This document shows positions 1 through 8,832 of a stretch of 64,000 bases of DNA, in pieces. Made by a program: the position numbers and the translations under genes. The stretch is from the IMG/VR virus record IMGVR_UViG_3300005512_000004; one strand, given 5' to 3'. Source of the DNA: an uncultured virus (IMG/VR IMGVR_UViG_3300005512_000004). Lineage: Duplodnaviria; Heunggongvirae; Uroviricota; Caudoviricetes. The notes beneath the pieces were generated by a model, which searched no databases, had not been told where the DNA came from, and was given only the letters and a program-made list of their open reading frames with translations. How positions within the stretch are numbered: the stretch's first letter is position 1; each line of letters starts with the position of its first letter.

Positions 1-1527
1 AGCGAAGAACCTGCTCCACAAGTAGACGCCTATATACCTGTAAGTATGCTGGCGCCAAACTCTTGGACGTTTGTGGGAGACGCGACAAGCCCCGACGAGG
101 TCACGCAGACGCTCACAGAACTAATACAAAGTCTCCGTCTATCGAGTGATGCGGGTGAAATTGTACGAGATCCAGCAGCACGCTCCGTCGGCGTACTTAA
201 TTTCACGATCGGCGACGATACATATGAACTGCTCGGTGCAGAGATACACACAACAACGCTGCCGAGTGAGGACAGCGCAGAGATATCTGTGGAGCCCGTT
301 GGGAACGCCTCTTCCGGCCAGTATGGCGACAATCCCTTCCTGTGGGGTCTCGGTATAAGCATCAGGCCGTTTGCGAGGGACACGATACGTGTAGTAGACA
401 CGGCCGCGTGGTTCGACGTAGCAAGGGCCCACACGACAGCGATGTACGATTTCCTACGTAATATAGGTGGGCCATTTGTGGAGGGCCCGCTTGCATATAG
501 ACACCTCATAGGCTCTCCGCTTTGGGGGATCATAAACCCTTTCCCGACACAGCACTACAGCACAGCAGACTCTTTCCGCCTAGATAACGTGCCCACGATT
601 GCGGGCATCTATAGCGGGGTTAGCACCTACTATAACTCGTTCGATCCTGCAATCGGCTACGGGAGTCGAGGAGATGACGAGTACACGGTCAACTACAGCG
701 GGACCCCGATACAGCCCAATGTTCTTGGCAAATATGTAGCGCCTCCACCCGCACACGCCACAGACACTGCGCAGGATTGGTCGCTTACGCGAGACGGTCT
801 GTCATACGCTCCTACAAGTGGTATGATGAGTATAGCAGTGACGCCACTATCCCTGGAAAGTTTTTACGTGTTCAGCACCGACGAGCTTAATGTGAAGTTC
901 GCGTACACGGTACCTAACCGCTACGCAGGGCTACAGCGAGGTATGCCGCCCGCGCTGATTACGTACTCTGCTGGGTTATTTTCGAACGCCGCGGAAATCC
1001 CCCTTGTCCCAGGATACGGGGCTGTCTACCACAGTATGATACGCGGTGCGCCTTTCACAGACGAGATTGGCGTATCCTACCTCTCGCGGGCTACGTACCA
1101 GAGGTTCTTAGAGGACGCGTCAAGCACAGCAGGGCGAGTGCTCGCAGCGAATACAAGTACCGCATGTAGGGCACCGCTTATACAAGGCCTCCACAGAACA
1201 GGGGTCTACCGTCTCGGAGCGGACATGTTCGGTGCGAAGTCTGCAGTATTCAGCACAAGTAAAAACGGCATCCCGCCGCGCTACCTAAACAAAAGCTCGG
1301 ATACTATCATCGACGTCGCCGAGCTTCGAGGACGCATCTCCCCCGAAGCTGTAACAGCGTGGCTGTCTGCCGTAAGACAGACAAGCCTTGACGCCGAGAA
1401 CCCGTATCGGTGCTATATCACACGCTATACCCCAGCAGACGACCCCACGTGGGGTACGGGCTTCTACGGCAACCGCAGCATCGCGATCCCGTTCACCGTC
1501 AAACTTCGGATTGGCGTCAAGCCTTAG
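1..1527 (+). CDS. Hypothetical protein, probably virion/tail-associated; 5'-truncated
   Basis: Frame is open from base 1 (SEEPAPQVDAYIPVSM...) to TAG at 1525-1527; Thr/Ser/Gly/Tyr-rich; no motif recognised. Confidence 0.55.
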   Translation, partial: SEEPAPQVDAYIPVSMLAPNSWTFVGDATSPDEVTQTLTELIQSLRLSSDAGEIVRDPAARSVGVLNFTIGDDTYELLGAEIHTTTLPSEDSAEISVEPVGNASSGQYGDNPFLWGLGISIRPFARDTIRVVDTAAWFDVARAHTTAMYDFLRNIGGPFVEGPLAYRHLIGSPLWGIINPFPTQHYSTADSFRLDNVPTIAGIYSGVSTYYNSFDPAIGYGSRGDDEYTVNYSGTPIQPNVLGKYVAPPPAHATDTAQDWSLTRDGLSYAPTSGMMSIAVTPLSLESFYVFSTDELNVKFAYTVPNRYAGLQRGMPPALITYSAGLFSNAAEIPLVPGYGAVYHSMIRGAPFTDEIGVSYLSRATYQRFLEDASSTAGRVLAANTSTACRAPLIQGLHRTGVYRLGADMFGAKSAVFSTSKNGIPPRYLNKSSDTIIDVAELRGRISPEAVTAWLSAVRQTSLDAENPYRCYITRYTPADDPTWGTGFYGNRSIAIPFTVKLRIGVKP

Positions 1528-2348
1528 CTCTCGAAGCAGTCGCTCACTGCGGGCTCGAGGACCATACCGGTGGTCATGAGCTGCTGCTCGAGAGCGATGA
1601 GCGCGCTGCTGAGACGAGCCACGCGGTCTACGAGCTCCTCGTGACGGGTGGCCGCCTCACGCGCCTCTGCCTTAGCCAGCTTGAGCGCGCTCTCGAGAGC
1701 AGCCGTGTGAGCGCTCTGTGACTCCGCGATAGCAGACAGGATGTCGTTGAAGGCGCGATCAAAGTCCACGTTAAGCGCAGGAGCGTGCACAGGAGCAGGA
1801 GCATCCTCTGCGGTCTTAGCCTCATCTGCCGCATCCGCCTCATCCGCCTCAATCTCTGCCTTAGTGCGGCGCTTACGACGCTTCTTAGGTGCCTCCTCGG
1901 GCTCGTCCTGCACGACAACCTCTGCGGGCTCAGCGACATCTGCCCCGTTGGTAGCGGTCTCGTTGCTGATTGTGACAAGCAGGTTGATGAGCGCTGCGCG
2001 CTTGTCTTTCTCGGCACGGAGCATCGCACCGATCTGCGTGCTGTCACCCGTCAAGTGAGACGCCGCCATCACGAGATAGGGGAGCTGGATGCTCTGGTCG
2101 TCCTGTAACGCACGAAGACCGTCAATGTTGTTGGTGCTGACAAGCTCTTTGATGAGCGTAGTATTTGGGTGCTCTGGTGTTGCCATAGCTTTTTGTTTCC
2201 TTAAGGCGATAATCGCGGCGGACTCGCCGACGATGTTTGTGAGTGCGTCTCGCGAAGAAAGTAGAGACGTGTACGCGAAAGAGTCGCAGGTGTGCGCAAC
2301 GCGCGCGTCTTTACACCCGTGTACTCGCTCGCAGTAGAGACAGGTCAT
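1524..2348 (-). CDS. Hypothetical protein with basic KKRRKRRTKAE patch and C-terminal coiled coil
   Basis: ATG 2 nt after the upstream stop; alternative start at 2186 (MATPEH) with AAGGA upstream. Confidence 0.6.
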   Translation of the reverse strand: MTCLYCERVHGCKDARVAHTCDSFAYTSLLSSRDALTNIVGESAAIIALRKQKAMATPEHPNTTLIKELVSTNNIDGLRALQDDQSIQLPYLVMAASHLTGDSTQIGAMLRAEKDKRAALINLLVTISNETATNGADVAEPAEVVVQDEPEEAPKKRRKRRTKAEIEADEADAADEAKTAEDAPAPVHAPALNVDFDRAFNDILSAIAESQSAHTAALESALKLAKAEAREAATRHEELVDRVARLSSALIALEQQLMTTGMVLEPAVSDCFES

Positions 2349-2350
2349 GC

Positions 2351-2626
2351 TTAGTCGACAGCGTCTTTGTTCAGTAGATAGCATGCTGCCGCCTGAGCGT
2401 CAGGACACGTGTTAGATGAGTCCGCACAGTTACCTGCGCAGTTCAGCGTCTCTTTAAGAACAACGAAGTTGTCCTGTACGAAGCGCTGCACCTTACCACG
2501 AATGACCTGTTGATGTGAGGGTGTTACGGTCGTGTCCAACACAGACAACTGTTCCTCGGTCAGTGTACGTTTTGGGATAGGCAAACCCGCCAATCGGTAC
2601 ATCTGCCGCATCTCCGTACGGTTCAT
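2351..2626 (-). CDS. Small Cys-containing hypothetical protein
   Basis: 91 aa, overlaps the RusA stop, GGAGG SD; C-terminal CxxxC...C...C. Confidence 0.6.
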   Translation of the reverse strand: MNRTEMRQMYRLAGLPIPKRTLTEEQLSVLDTTVTPSHQQVIRGKVQRFVQDNFVVLKETLNCAGNCADSSNTCPDAQAAACYLLNKDAVD

Positions 2627-3021
2627 ATTTCCTCCAGTTTTACATGGCAGTACTCCTGCGTATCAGTCGCGTGCTTGCGCATGACCAACTCAAAGATAAG
2701 CGAGTCATCTATGCCGAGACCTGAGAACAACGCGTCCTCTAGCAGCTTAGCGCGGTTTGATACGTCGACTCTTTTATACCGAGTTTTAGCTTTACCTTTC
2801 GACCACCCAGCGTTCTCTACAGCGTTGAAGTAGAGATCGACTTCCATACGTAGTGGTCGCTCCTCGCGAAACAGATCAGGCATGGAGGCGATATGCTTAA
2901 CCACAGCCTGCGTAATCTCGTGTTTGATACGCTTCCCCTCTGAAGACAAGATACGCCTACCGCGTACGGTGACATAGAGCTTGTTTACGCTAGGGGGCAT
3001 AGCCAGGTCGAGCTCAATCAT
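2623..3021 (-). CDS. rusA: RusA-like Holliday junction resolvase
   Basis: PPSVNKLY N-terminal motif and DVSNRAKLLEDAL...GIDDSLI catalytic motif. Confidence 0.85.
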   Translation of the reverse strand: MIELDLAMPPSVNKLYVTVRGRRILSSEGKRIKHEITQAVVKHIASMPDLFREERPLRMEVDLYFNAVENAGWSKGKAKTRYKRVDVSNRAKLLEDALFSGLGIDDSLIFELVMRKHATDTQEYCHVKLEEI

Positions 3022-3575
3022 GGGCCACGCTTCCGGGAGCGATCTCCTGTAGCCCACCCGCGCTCTAGATTGTCCGTGCGCTGTAGACGCTCTTGGTCTT
3101 GGCCACGTATCGTCACGGAGCGCGATAGAAGCTTGTAGGCGTCTTTCGCGCCTTGGATCGCCATATCGAGCGCATCGCAGAGCGCTTCTAGCTCACAGAT
3201 CTGGACGTTTAGCGTGATGTAACGTGTGTCACACTCGAGCGCGTCCTTACCGCGTTGCTTAATAATCGCGCTCCGTACAGCAGCCTGCTGCTGCTTCGTC
3301 ACATTCAGCTCGCTATTCACAGCGGTGCGGTGACCATTTAAGTACCGGTTCCACTCCACATTCGCGCGCATGAGCTCCGAGAGCTGATCGTAGGATAACT
3401 CATCCATATTCTCAGGTAGCTCGCCGTGATAAGCTTGGCGATGCAGCGTAGGCTGGTCAATAATAGTACGGACACCTAGCCCCGCGAGTGTCTGCGCTAC
3501 ACGATCAGTGACCCCTACGTACGCCTGCTTTGCGTCTTCGGGTGACGCAGTAAGCGCGTTCTCAAAGCTTGGCAT
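3018..3575 (-). CDS. Helical/coiled-coil hypothetical protein (possible recombination mediator)
   Basis: 185 aa, helical; lies between the nuclease and the resolvase; function inferred from context only. Confidence 0.5.
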   Translation of the reverse strand: MPSFENALTASPEDAKQAYVGVTDRVAQTLAGLGVRTIIDQPTLHRQAYHGELPENMDELSYDQLSELMRANVEWNRYLNGHRTAVNSELNVTKQQQAAVRSAIIKQRGKDALECDTRYITLNVQICELEALCDALDMAIQGAKDAYKLLSRSVTIRGQDQERLQRTDNLERGWATGDRSRKRGP

Positions 3576-3577
3576 GG

Positions 3578-4357
3578 TTATCCCTTTCGGAAGGGAGACG
3601 TCTCGTTAGAACCTCTGAGCTCGGGCCGACAGTCATAGTAATACCCGCAAGAGCGACACTCCCACATGCTGTACTCGGGCTCGACCTCTTGCCCGGCGTC
3701 GAGCGCGCCGCGCACGGTATCGATCTGACTGGTCACGTTTTCCCACGCGACCTCATCAGGCTCGATAAAGAAGAACTTAGAGACGTCAGAGTTTTTGTTG
3801 TAGTACTGAAACAGGATGACGTCGGCGTCGAAGCACTTAGCGTAGATCGTCGCCTGCGCGACGTGTTTCGCTTGGGGCTTCGTGAGCTTCTGCCACGACG
3901 CGTCCGCCATTGTCTTAAGCTCGTAGATGATACGGAGCTCGTCTTCACCATGCGGACGAATCTGCAGTAGGCCGTCCGCACGCCCCTCGAGGTTGAGCTG
4001 GTCGGCTGTCTCGTTCGCCACGAGCGGGTTACGCAGAGAGACCTCGAAGGCACACTCGTAGTCTACATCTTCACGCCCCTCTGTGAGCGTGGCCACGAGC
4101 TTGCCGAGCTCTTCCTGCTGCCAATCGTGTACCGCGTGTCCGTGATCAAACGTGCAGCGCAGCTTTGCATCAATGCGATGCTTGGGCTCCATCATACATG
4201 CCGCGTACCAGAGCTTCCGTGTACATCCCCCTAGCTGTGAGGGGTGAAACATGCCATCTGTATCGCGTGCCTGCTTCCGCTCGTTCTTCGCGAGGAGGTG
4301 CTCTTCGTATAGCTCCTCGATAGGAAATAAGCGGACAGCATCTTTGATTCTAGCCAT
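3578..4357 (-). CDS. Cas4-like PD-(D/E)XK exonuclease (solo, not CRISPR-associated)
   Basis: HPSQLGGC, GRADG, YELKT, QATIY motifs and C-terminal CRSC...C (4Fe-4S-type Cys set); SD GAAAGAGG before ATG 4357. Confidence 0.85.
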   Translation of the reverse strand: MARIKDAVRLFPIEELYEEHLLAKNERKQARDTDGMFHPSQLGGCTRKLWYAACMMEPKHRIDAKLRCTFDHGHAVHDWQQEELGKLVATLTEGREDVDYECAFEVSLRNPLVANETADQLNLEGRADGLLQIRPHGEDELRIIYELKTMADASWQKLTKPQAKHVAQATIYAKCFDADVILFQYYNKNSDVSKFFFIEPDEVAWENVTSQIDTVRGALDAGQEVEPEYSMWECRSCGYYYDCRPELRGSNETSPFRKG

Positions 4358-4532
4358 TCGACCTCTTTCGTATATAAGACGCCGCCTCAAACGGCGCGGT
4401 GCCGTGTTTCGGGCACCTGGGCAAAGACCCCTGTGTGTCAACGCGACTCCCGCACATGGGGCAACTCGCCCCGAGCGCGGCGGTCTTAGTCTGTGTAGGG
4501 CTCCCGAGTACTGAGTTCTTCTCCATCGCCAT
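4350..4532 (-). CDS. Small zinc-ribbon protein (60 aa)
   Basis: GAGGAG SD; MAMEKNSV...TKTAA...CPMCG...CPKHGTAPFE. Confidence 0.65.
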   Translation of the reverse strand: MAMEKNSVLGSPTQTKTAALGASCPMCGSRVDTQGSLPRCPKHGTAPFEAASYIRKRSNG

Positions 4533-4682
4533 AGCCGTTCTCCTCTGCAAGATACGCGATAATCTCATCGCTAGGGTCAAAGTGCACGGACACCTTACCC
4601 CGTACAGGGTTACGGTACAACAAAGAGATCGTACCCACACCTGGCACGCTGAGCGAACCAAAGCGCTTCAAGAACTCGACGT

Positions 4683-6707
4683 TTACTTCGCTTCTTCCCA
4701 GTTCGAGGCTACGCCTCCCGTGGCCTTGAGCGGTACTCTCAGCTGCGCCGCGTCCACCATCAATCTTTGCATCTTCTCGTTTGCCCATTGTTTAATCTCC
4801 TCGTTATCTGCGGGCACGGACAGCATAATCTCGTCGTGCACCTGTAGTAGTAAACCCGTACCCCAAGAGCCGCCCGCTAGGCAGTCTCCTCCCAACTCAG
4901 GATCTCGGTCTATCAGTATCATAGCGCGCTTTGTGATGCAGGAGGCGCTACCCTGTATCGGAGCGTTGATCGCGTCGCGCTCCGCTTTCGCACGAACACC
5001 GTGATTGCTTGACGTAATGGTCGTTAGGCGCCTTGGTCGCCCGAAGCACGTGAACACCGCGTGGTCTTCTCGAGTCCGCGCCTCGTTCTGTACCCAATCG
5101 ATGTAGGAGCGCACAGATGGAAAGGTGTCGAACCACTGCTCGATAAGGTCTTTGGCCTCGTTACGTGTTACTCCGAGCTCTTCTGCGAGCGCACCAGGGC
5201 CTCGCCCGTACATGAGTCCGAAGCCGATCGCCTTAGCAGCGGTACGCGCGCCCACAAGATCCTTGCTACGCCGTGAGATGTCCATAAGCGTCTCTACGTC
5301 GTACTGAGGCCACGCATCGAGCCCCTGCTCGATCTCGCAATACACCTCGGGCAGATCTTTCATCCACTTAGCGACCAAGACGTGTTCGTACTCAACACCC
5401 AACATCTTAGATGCCGTAAAGGAGTGCAGGTCGAGCCCGTTCGTGATCGCGTCGATCATGGCTTTATCGCCAGACACGTGCGCCATAACACACATCTCCA
5501 TCTGACTATAGTCTGCGACGACCATGTCGTACCCGTTGCCCGCAGTAAACGCCTTGCGTAGCATCTTACCGACGTCCCCTCGCGCAGGAATGTTCTGCAG
5601 GTTCGGCTCTGACGACGAGAGTCGACCGGTGACTGTGCCGGCCTGGTTAAAACGAGTGTGTATCCTGTTCGTCTTTGGGACAGCCGCCTTCTGTAGTCCA
5701 GCCACGTAGGTCGACAGGATCTTGGTCAGCTTGCGGTACTCGAGGATAGCCGCACACAGAGGCACGCTTGCAGAGAACGCCTTGAGCGTGTCCTCGTCTG
5801 TGCTCGGAGCTCCCGAGTTTGTGTACTTCTTAGGCCGTAGACCTAAGCCGCCTTGGTCGCGCGCAGAGAACAGCACCTCCTTAAGCTGAGCAGGCGAGTT
5901 CGGATTCAAGGGGCGTTGCGCGAGCAGCATGATCTCCTTCAGTAGGTCTTCTTTGCGCGCCTCCATAGGAGTCTTTAGCCCATCAAGGTAAGGCACGTCG
6001 ATACAGACGCCGCGACGCTCCATGCGCCAAAGCGTCTTTGTGAACGGCACCTCGAGATCCCAGAAGTACTGCGCCAGGTTCGTATACTGCATGAGGTTGT
6101 CCGGCACTTTGGTTACGCGCAGCACCCTCTCGTGCTCCTCAGAGAGCAACCATGTAGCGTACGCATCAAGGGAAGCGTACCCCGCGACTAAATCGATGTC
6201 TGCGTCGAGAAGCGCCCGACCCTCGTCAGACGCTTTAACGCGCACGTCGAACGTGTCCTTGAAGGAGCGCATCTGTATCCCGAGATAATCGCGCGCCTGC
6301 TCTTTCAAGCCGAGGCCCGCACCGCCCTTGCGATTCTCGTCACGCAACGCGCACTGGATAATGACGTCAACGACCTGCCCCGCAAACTCAGGTAACCCCA
6401 CGTTGTGCACCATGTGCATATCGAACTTAGCGTTGGCCATGACCCAACAACGCTCCGCGTCTTCGATGAGCGCCACAAAGCGAGGATCCATAAGCTGCTG
6501 TAGCGTTAAGAGCCACCGACTTTCTCCGTCCGAGACGGACGCGAACAACGGCACATCGCGCGCCACGTCGATACCTGTGGTCTCTGTGTCAAAAGCGATA
6601 CGCCCGTCCCACCCGCAAGGCAGGTTGAGCAGGTGTTCATAGAACTCGCTGTCATCTGTGTCCCTACCTACGACCAACGCGGGAGGCAGTACATTAAAAT
6701 TCGCCAT
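4683..6707 (-). CDS. polA: DNA polymerase family A (3'-5' exonuclease + polymerase, Klenow-like)
   Basis: Exo I DTETTG, NAKFD, YASLDA; TVTGRLSSSEPNLQNIP; motif A ADYSQME; motif B RTAAKAIGFGLMYG; motif C QVHDE. Confidence 0.97.
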   Translation of the reverse strand: MANFNVLPPALVVGRDTDDSEFYEHLLNLPCGWDGRIAFDTETTGIDVARDVPLFASVSDGESRWLLTLQQLMDPRFVALIEDAERCWVMANAKFDMHMVHNVGLPEFAGQVVDVIIQCALRDENRKGGAGLGLKEQARDYLGIQMRSFKDTFDVRVKASDEGRALLDADIDLVAGYASLDAYATWLLSEEHERVLRVTKVPDNLMQYTNLAQYFWDLEVPFTKTLWRMERRGVCIDVPYLDGLKTPMEARKEDLLKEIMLLAQRPLNPNSPAQLKEVLFSARDQGGLGLRPKKYTNSGAPSTDEDTLKAFSASVPLCAAILEYRKLTKILSTYVAGLQKAAVPKTNRIHTRFNQAGTVTGRLSSSEPNLQNIPARGDVGKMLRKAFTAGNGYDMVVADYSQMEMCVMAHVSGDKAMIDAITNGLDLHSFTASKMLGVEYEHVLVAKWMKDLPEVYCEIEQGLDAWPQYDVETLMDISRRSKDLVGARTAAKAIGFGLMYGRGPGALAEELGVTRNEAKDLIEQWFDTFPSVRSYIDWVQNEARTREDHAVFTCFGRPRRLTTITSSNHGVRAKAERDAINAPIQGSASCITKRAMILIDRDPELGGDCLAGGSWGTGLLLQVHDEIMLSVPADNEEIKQWANEKMQRLMVDAAQLRVPLKATGGVASNWEEAK

Positions 6708-6815
6708 GATAGTTCCTTATTCTACGCCTAGGGAGGCGGCATCGTGTATAGGCTAAAGATCGTGGAGGCAACCCGCCTCGTGTAACACATACAACGCTCA
6801 CAAATGTCGGCTGCG

Positions 6816-6896
6816 TTACTTACATGACCTCACAAGGGCGACGATCAACACGATCTCGAGCACGCCCAGAATAGTCGCGAGGAAGATATCCACCAT
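6816..6896 (-). CDS. Putative 26-aa single-TM micro-protein MVDIFLATILGVLEIVLIVALVRSCK
   Basis: ATG overlaps the upstream stop (TGATG); uninterrupted hydrophobic run; below the ORF-track cutoff. Confidence 0.5.
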   Translation of the reverse strand: MVDIFLATILGVLEIVLIVALVRSCK

Positions 6897-7927
6897 CAGA
6901 AGACACGTACGTCTTGGTAGTCCTCGCGTAGCTCGACCTCGAAGATCTGGTCGAAGTCTAGCGCCTCGTACATGGGAGCGATAGCTGGGTTGAAGTTCTC
7001 TCCGTCAAAGAGCGTGCCGATTTGCGGATCGAGCTCCGTGTGGTCGATGAAGGTCACATCCTCCCCTGGAGGCACCAACACGGTAGACGAGGTGTTCTCA
7101 CCGCGCTTAGCGAGTGGAAGAACAACGTCGAACAGCTCTGCGGGCTTCGGGTCGTCGCAGCCGTTGCACTCGTAGTTGACGATAGGCAAGTCCTGTGTAC
7201 CGCAGGCAGGACACGCGTGCTTGCGGAAAGGGAAGGACTTAAGCTCGTCACCGCTGAGCTCGGTAGACTCGAGGTCACAGATCACCGTCTCGCAGGCACC
7301 ACATGCGTACGTGGCAGGGAAGAGCTTGTTGGGCTTCTTGCCGGGTTGCATGCAGGAGACGCACTGCGAGCTCACAGTATCGACAATATCCATCAGCTGG
7401 TTGAAGTGACCGTTACCGAGCGCGATATAGCCGTGACGACCGAACACCGCCTCCGCACCCTCGGCCTCAAGGCGACGCTTCTCTGCAGGAGATTTAGGGC
7501 GTACGAAATTCTCGTCACCGTACTTGTTGGTGGTTTTATACCACCACTCGAGTGAGATCACGGGGAAGTACTTCATACGACGAGTGGTCACGCGCTGATC
7601 ATTCTCGTCGTACTGCATGGTGCAAGACCGACAAGAGACGCCGCGATCTTTGCCCTTAGGGCAGAGGTACGACCTGAAGTAGCGCTTCCCGCCACGCGTG
7701 TCTGCAAAGGAGTGACGTGCCTTTTCCCAAAACGGGACTTTCACAGACGCGTCCTCGTACGAAGGGTAAGCGCCCTTATCGATAAACAACAAACGCTGTG
7801 GCTCGCTGTCGAGGAAGATTTCATGACGGAAGGCGTTATTGTACGGGAATCCGCCGCCCCCGCCGCCGCCCATGCGCTCCGCCTTGGGTCGTTGGAAGTA
7901 TCTTGCTTGCTGAGACCAGTTTGCCAT
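6896..7927 (-). CDS. Putative single-stranded DNA-binding protein, T4 gp32-like, with extra Zn ribbons
   Basis: H...YLC...CRSC Zn site resembling gp32; additional CxxC pairs; acidic C-terminus; between primase and polymerase. Confidence 0.6.
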   Translation of the reverse strand: MANWSQQARYFQRPKAERMGGGGGGGFPYNNAFRHEIFLDSEPQRLLFIDKGAYPSYEDASVKVPFWEKARHSFADTRGGKRYFRSYLCPKGKDRGVSCRSCTMQYDENDQRVTTRRMKYFPVISLEWWYKTTNKYGDENFVRPKSPAEKRRLEAEGAEAVFGRHGYIALGNGHFNQLMDIVDTVSSQCVSCMQPGKKPNKLFPATYACGACETVICDLESTELSGDELKSFPFRKHACPACGTQDLPIVNYECNGCDDPKPAELFDVVLPLAKRGENTSSTVLVPPGEDVTFIDHTELDPQIGTLFDGENFNPAIAPMYEALDFDQIFEVELREDYQDVRVF

Positions 7928-8822
7928 GTGGTCTGCTCCTTCTTATGTGAGGCACTGCCTCTTCGAGCGCGGTCGTTATCTGACCGCTGGTTAAGTCATC
8001 GGGCGAAAGCCCATCGTCCATGTCTGCGTAACTCACGCTAACACCGGATCGATATAAGTTTATACCTAGCACCTCCGCTCCTTTGCGACCCGCCTCATCC
8101 GCGTCAAACATGATGATAACAGGAACGCGCATAGAGCGAAGTAGTCCCTCTTGTGTCTCTGTGACGTTCTTGCCCATCGTGGCCACCACGTTCTGATGAC
8201 CCTGCTGTACAAGCCACATAGCGGCCTTGAAGCCCTCGACCACAATGAGACGCTCGACCTTTTCAGGCAAGAGGTGGTGTCGCCAAAGTACAGCGCCCTT
8301 AGACGCTCTGTAGCCCGCAGGTTGGTAGTCGAGCAGCTCTCGCTTGTAGATTTTATATCTAGGCTCCTGCTGTGCATGTACTGCCCTCCCGCTAACAGCT
8401 ATGAGGTTACCGTGTCGGTCACGGATTGGCACGGTGATACGTTGGTTGAGCGCGTCAAAGCCGATTTCGTGATCAGACAACACGTCTATGTCAAAACCTG
8501 CCTCTACCCACTCGGTCGGCTCATACGCCCACGCATATAACACGCGATCGTCAATAAAGTGTACGACCGGTGCCACTTTTTGCGGCGCGTCCGACCTCGG
8601 AGCATCGAGCTCTACGGAAATCCCTAGCCACCTCAGTATCTTAGACGCGTGCCCTTTTGCGCCGCAACTGAAGCAGATGAACACGTGCTTGCTCGTATTC
8701 ACGAAGCAGGACGGGCTCCTGTCGTCGTGCCCAGGGTCAGGGCAGCATATCTTGTACTCGTCTGACGACTCTCTGTGCCATGGCCCCATGTCCCCGCGTT
8801 CTATTAAACTCGCTAGATCCAC
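7836..8822 (-). CDS. dnaG: DnaG-type primase
   Basis: CHC2 zinc finger (CP..GHDDRSPSC...CFSCG), RITVPIRD..GNLIAVSGR, TOPRIM VVEG...FDADEAG. Confidence 0.93.
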   Translation of the reverse strand: MDLASLIERGDMGPWHRESSDEYKICCPDPGHDDRSPSCFVNTSKHVFICFSCGAKGHASKILRWLGISVELDAPRSDAPQKVAPVVHFIDDRVLYAWAYEPTEWVEAGFDIDVLSDHEIGFDALNQRITVPIRDRHGNLIAVSGRAVHAQQEPRYKIYKRELLDYQPAGYRASKGAVLWRHHLLPEKVERLIVVEGFKAAMWLVQQGHQNVVATMGKNVTETQEGLLRSMRVPVIIMFDADEAGRKGAEVLGINLYRSGVSVSYADMDDGLSPDDLTSGQITTALEEAVPHIRRSRPHGKLVSASKILPTTQGGAHGRRRGRRIPVQ

Positions 8823-8832
8823 GGGTCACCTC

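Noticed and set aside
3578..4357. Cas4 as evidence of a CRISPR-Cas system
   Set aside because: No array or other cas genes; solo Cas4-like nucleases are common in phage recombination modules
4486..4788. 100-aa ORF overlapping the polA end and filling the gap to 4532
   Set aside because: No convincing start or SD outside polA; cannot be supported, though a short gene here is not excluded
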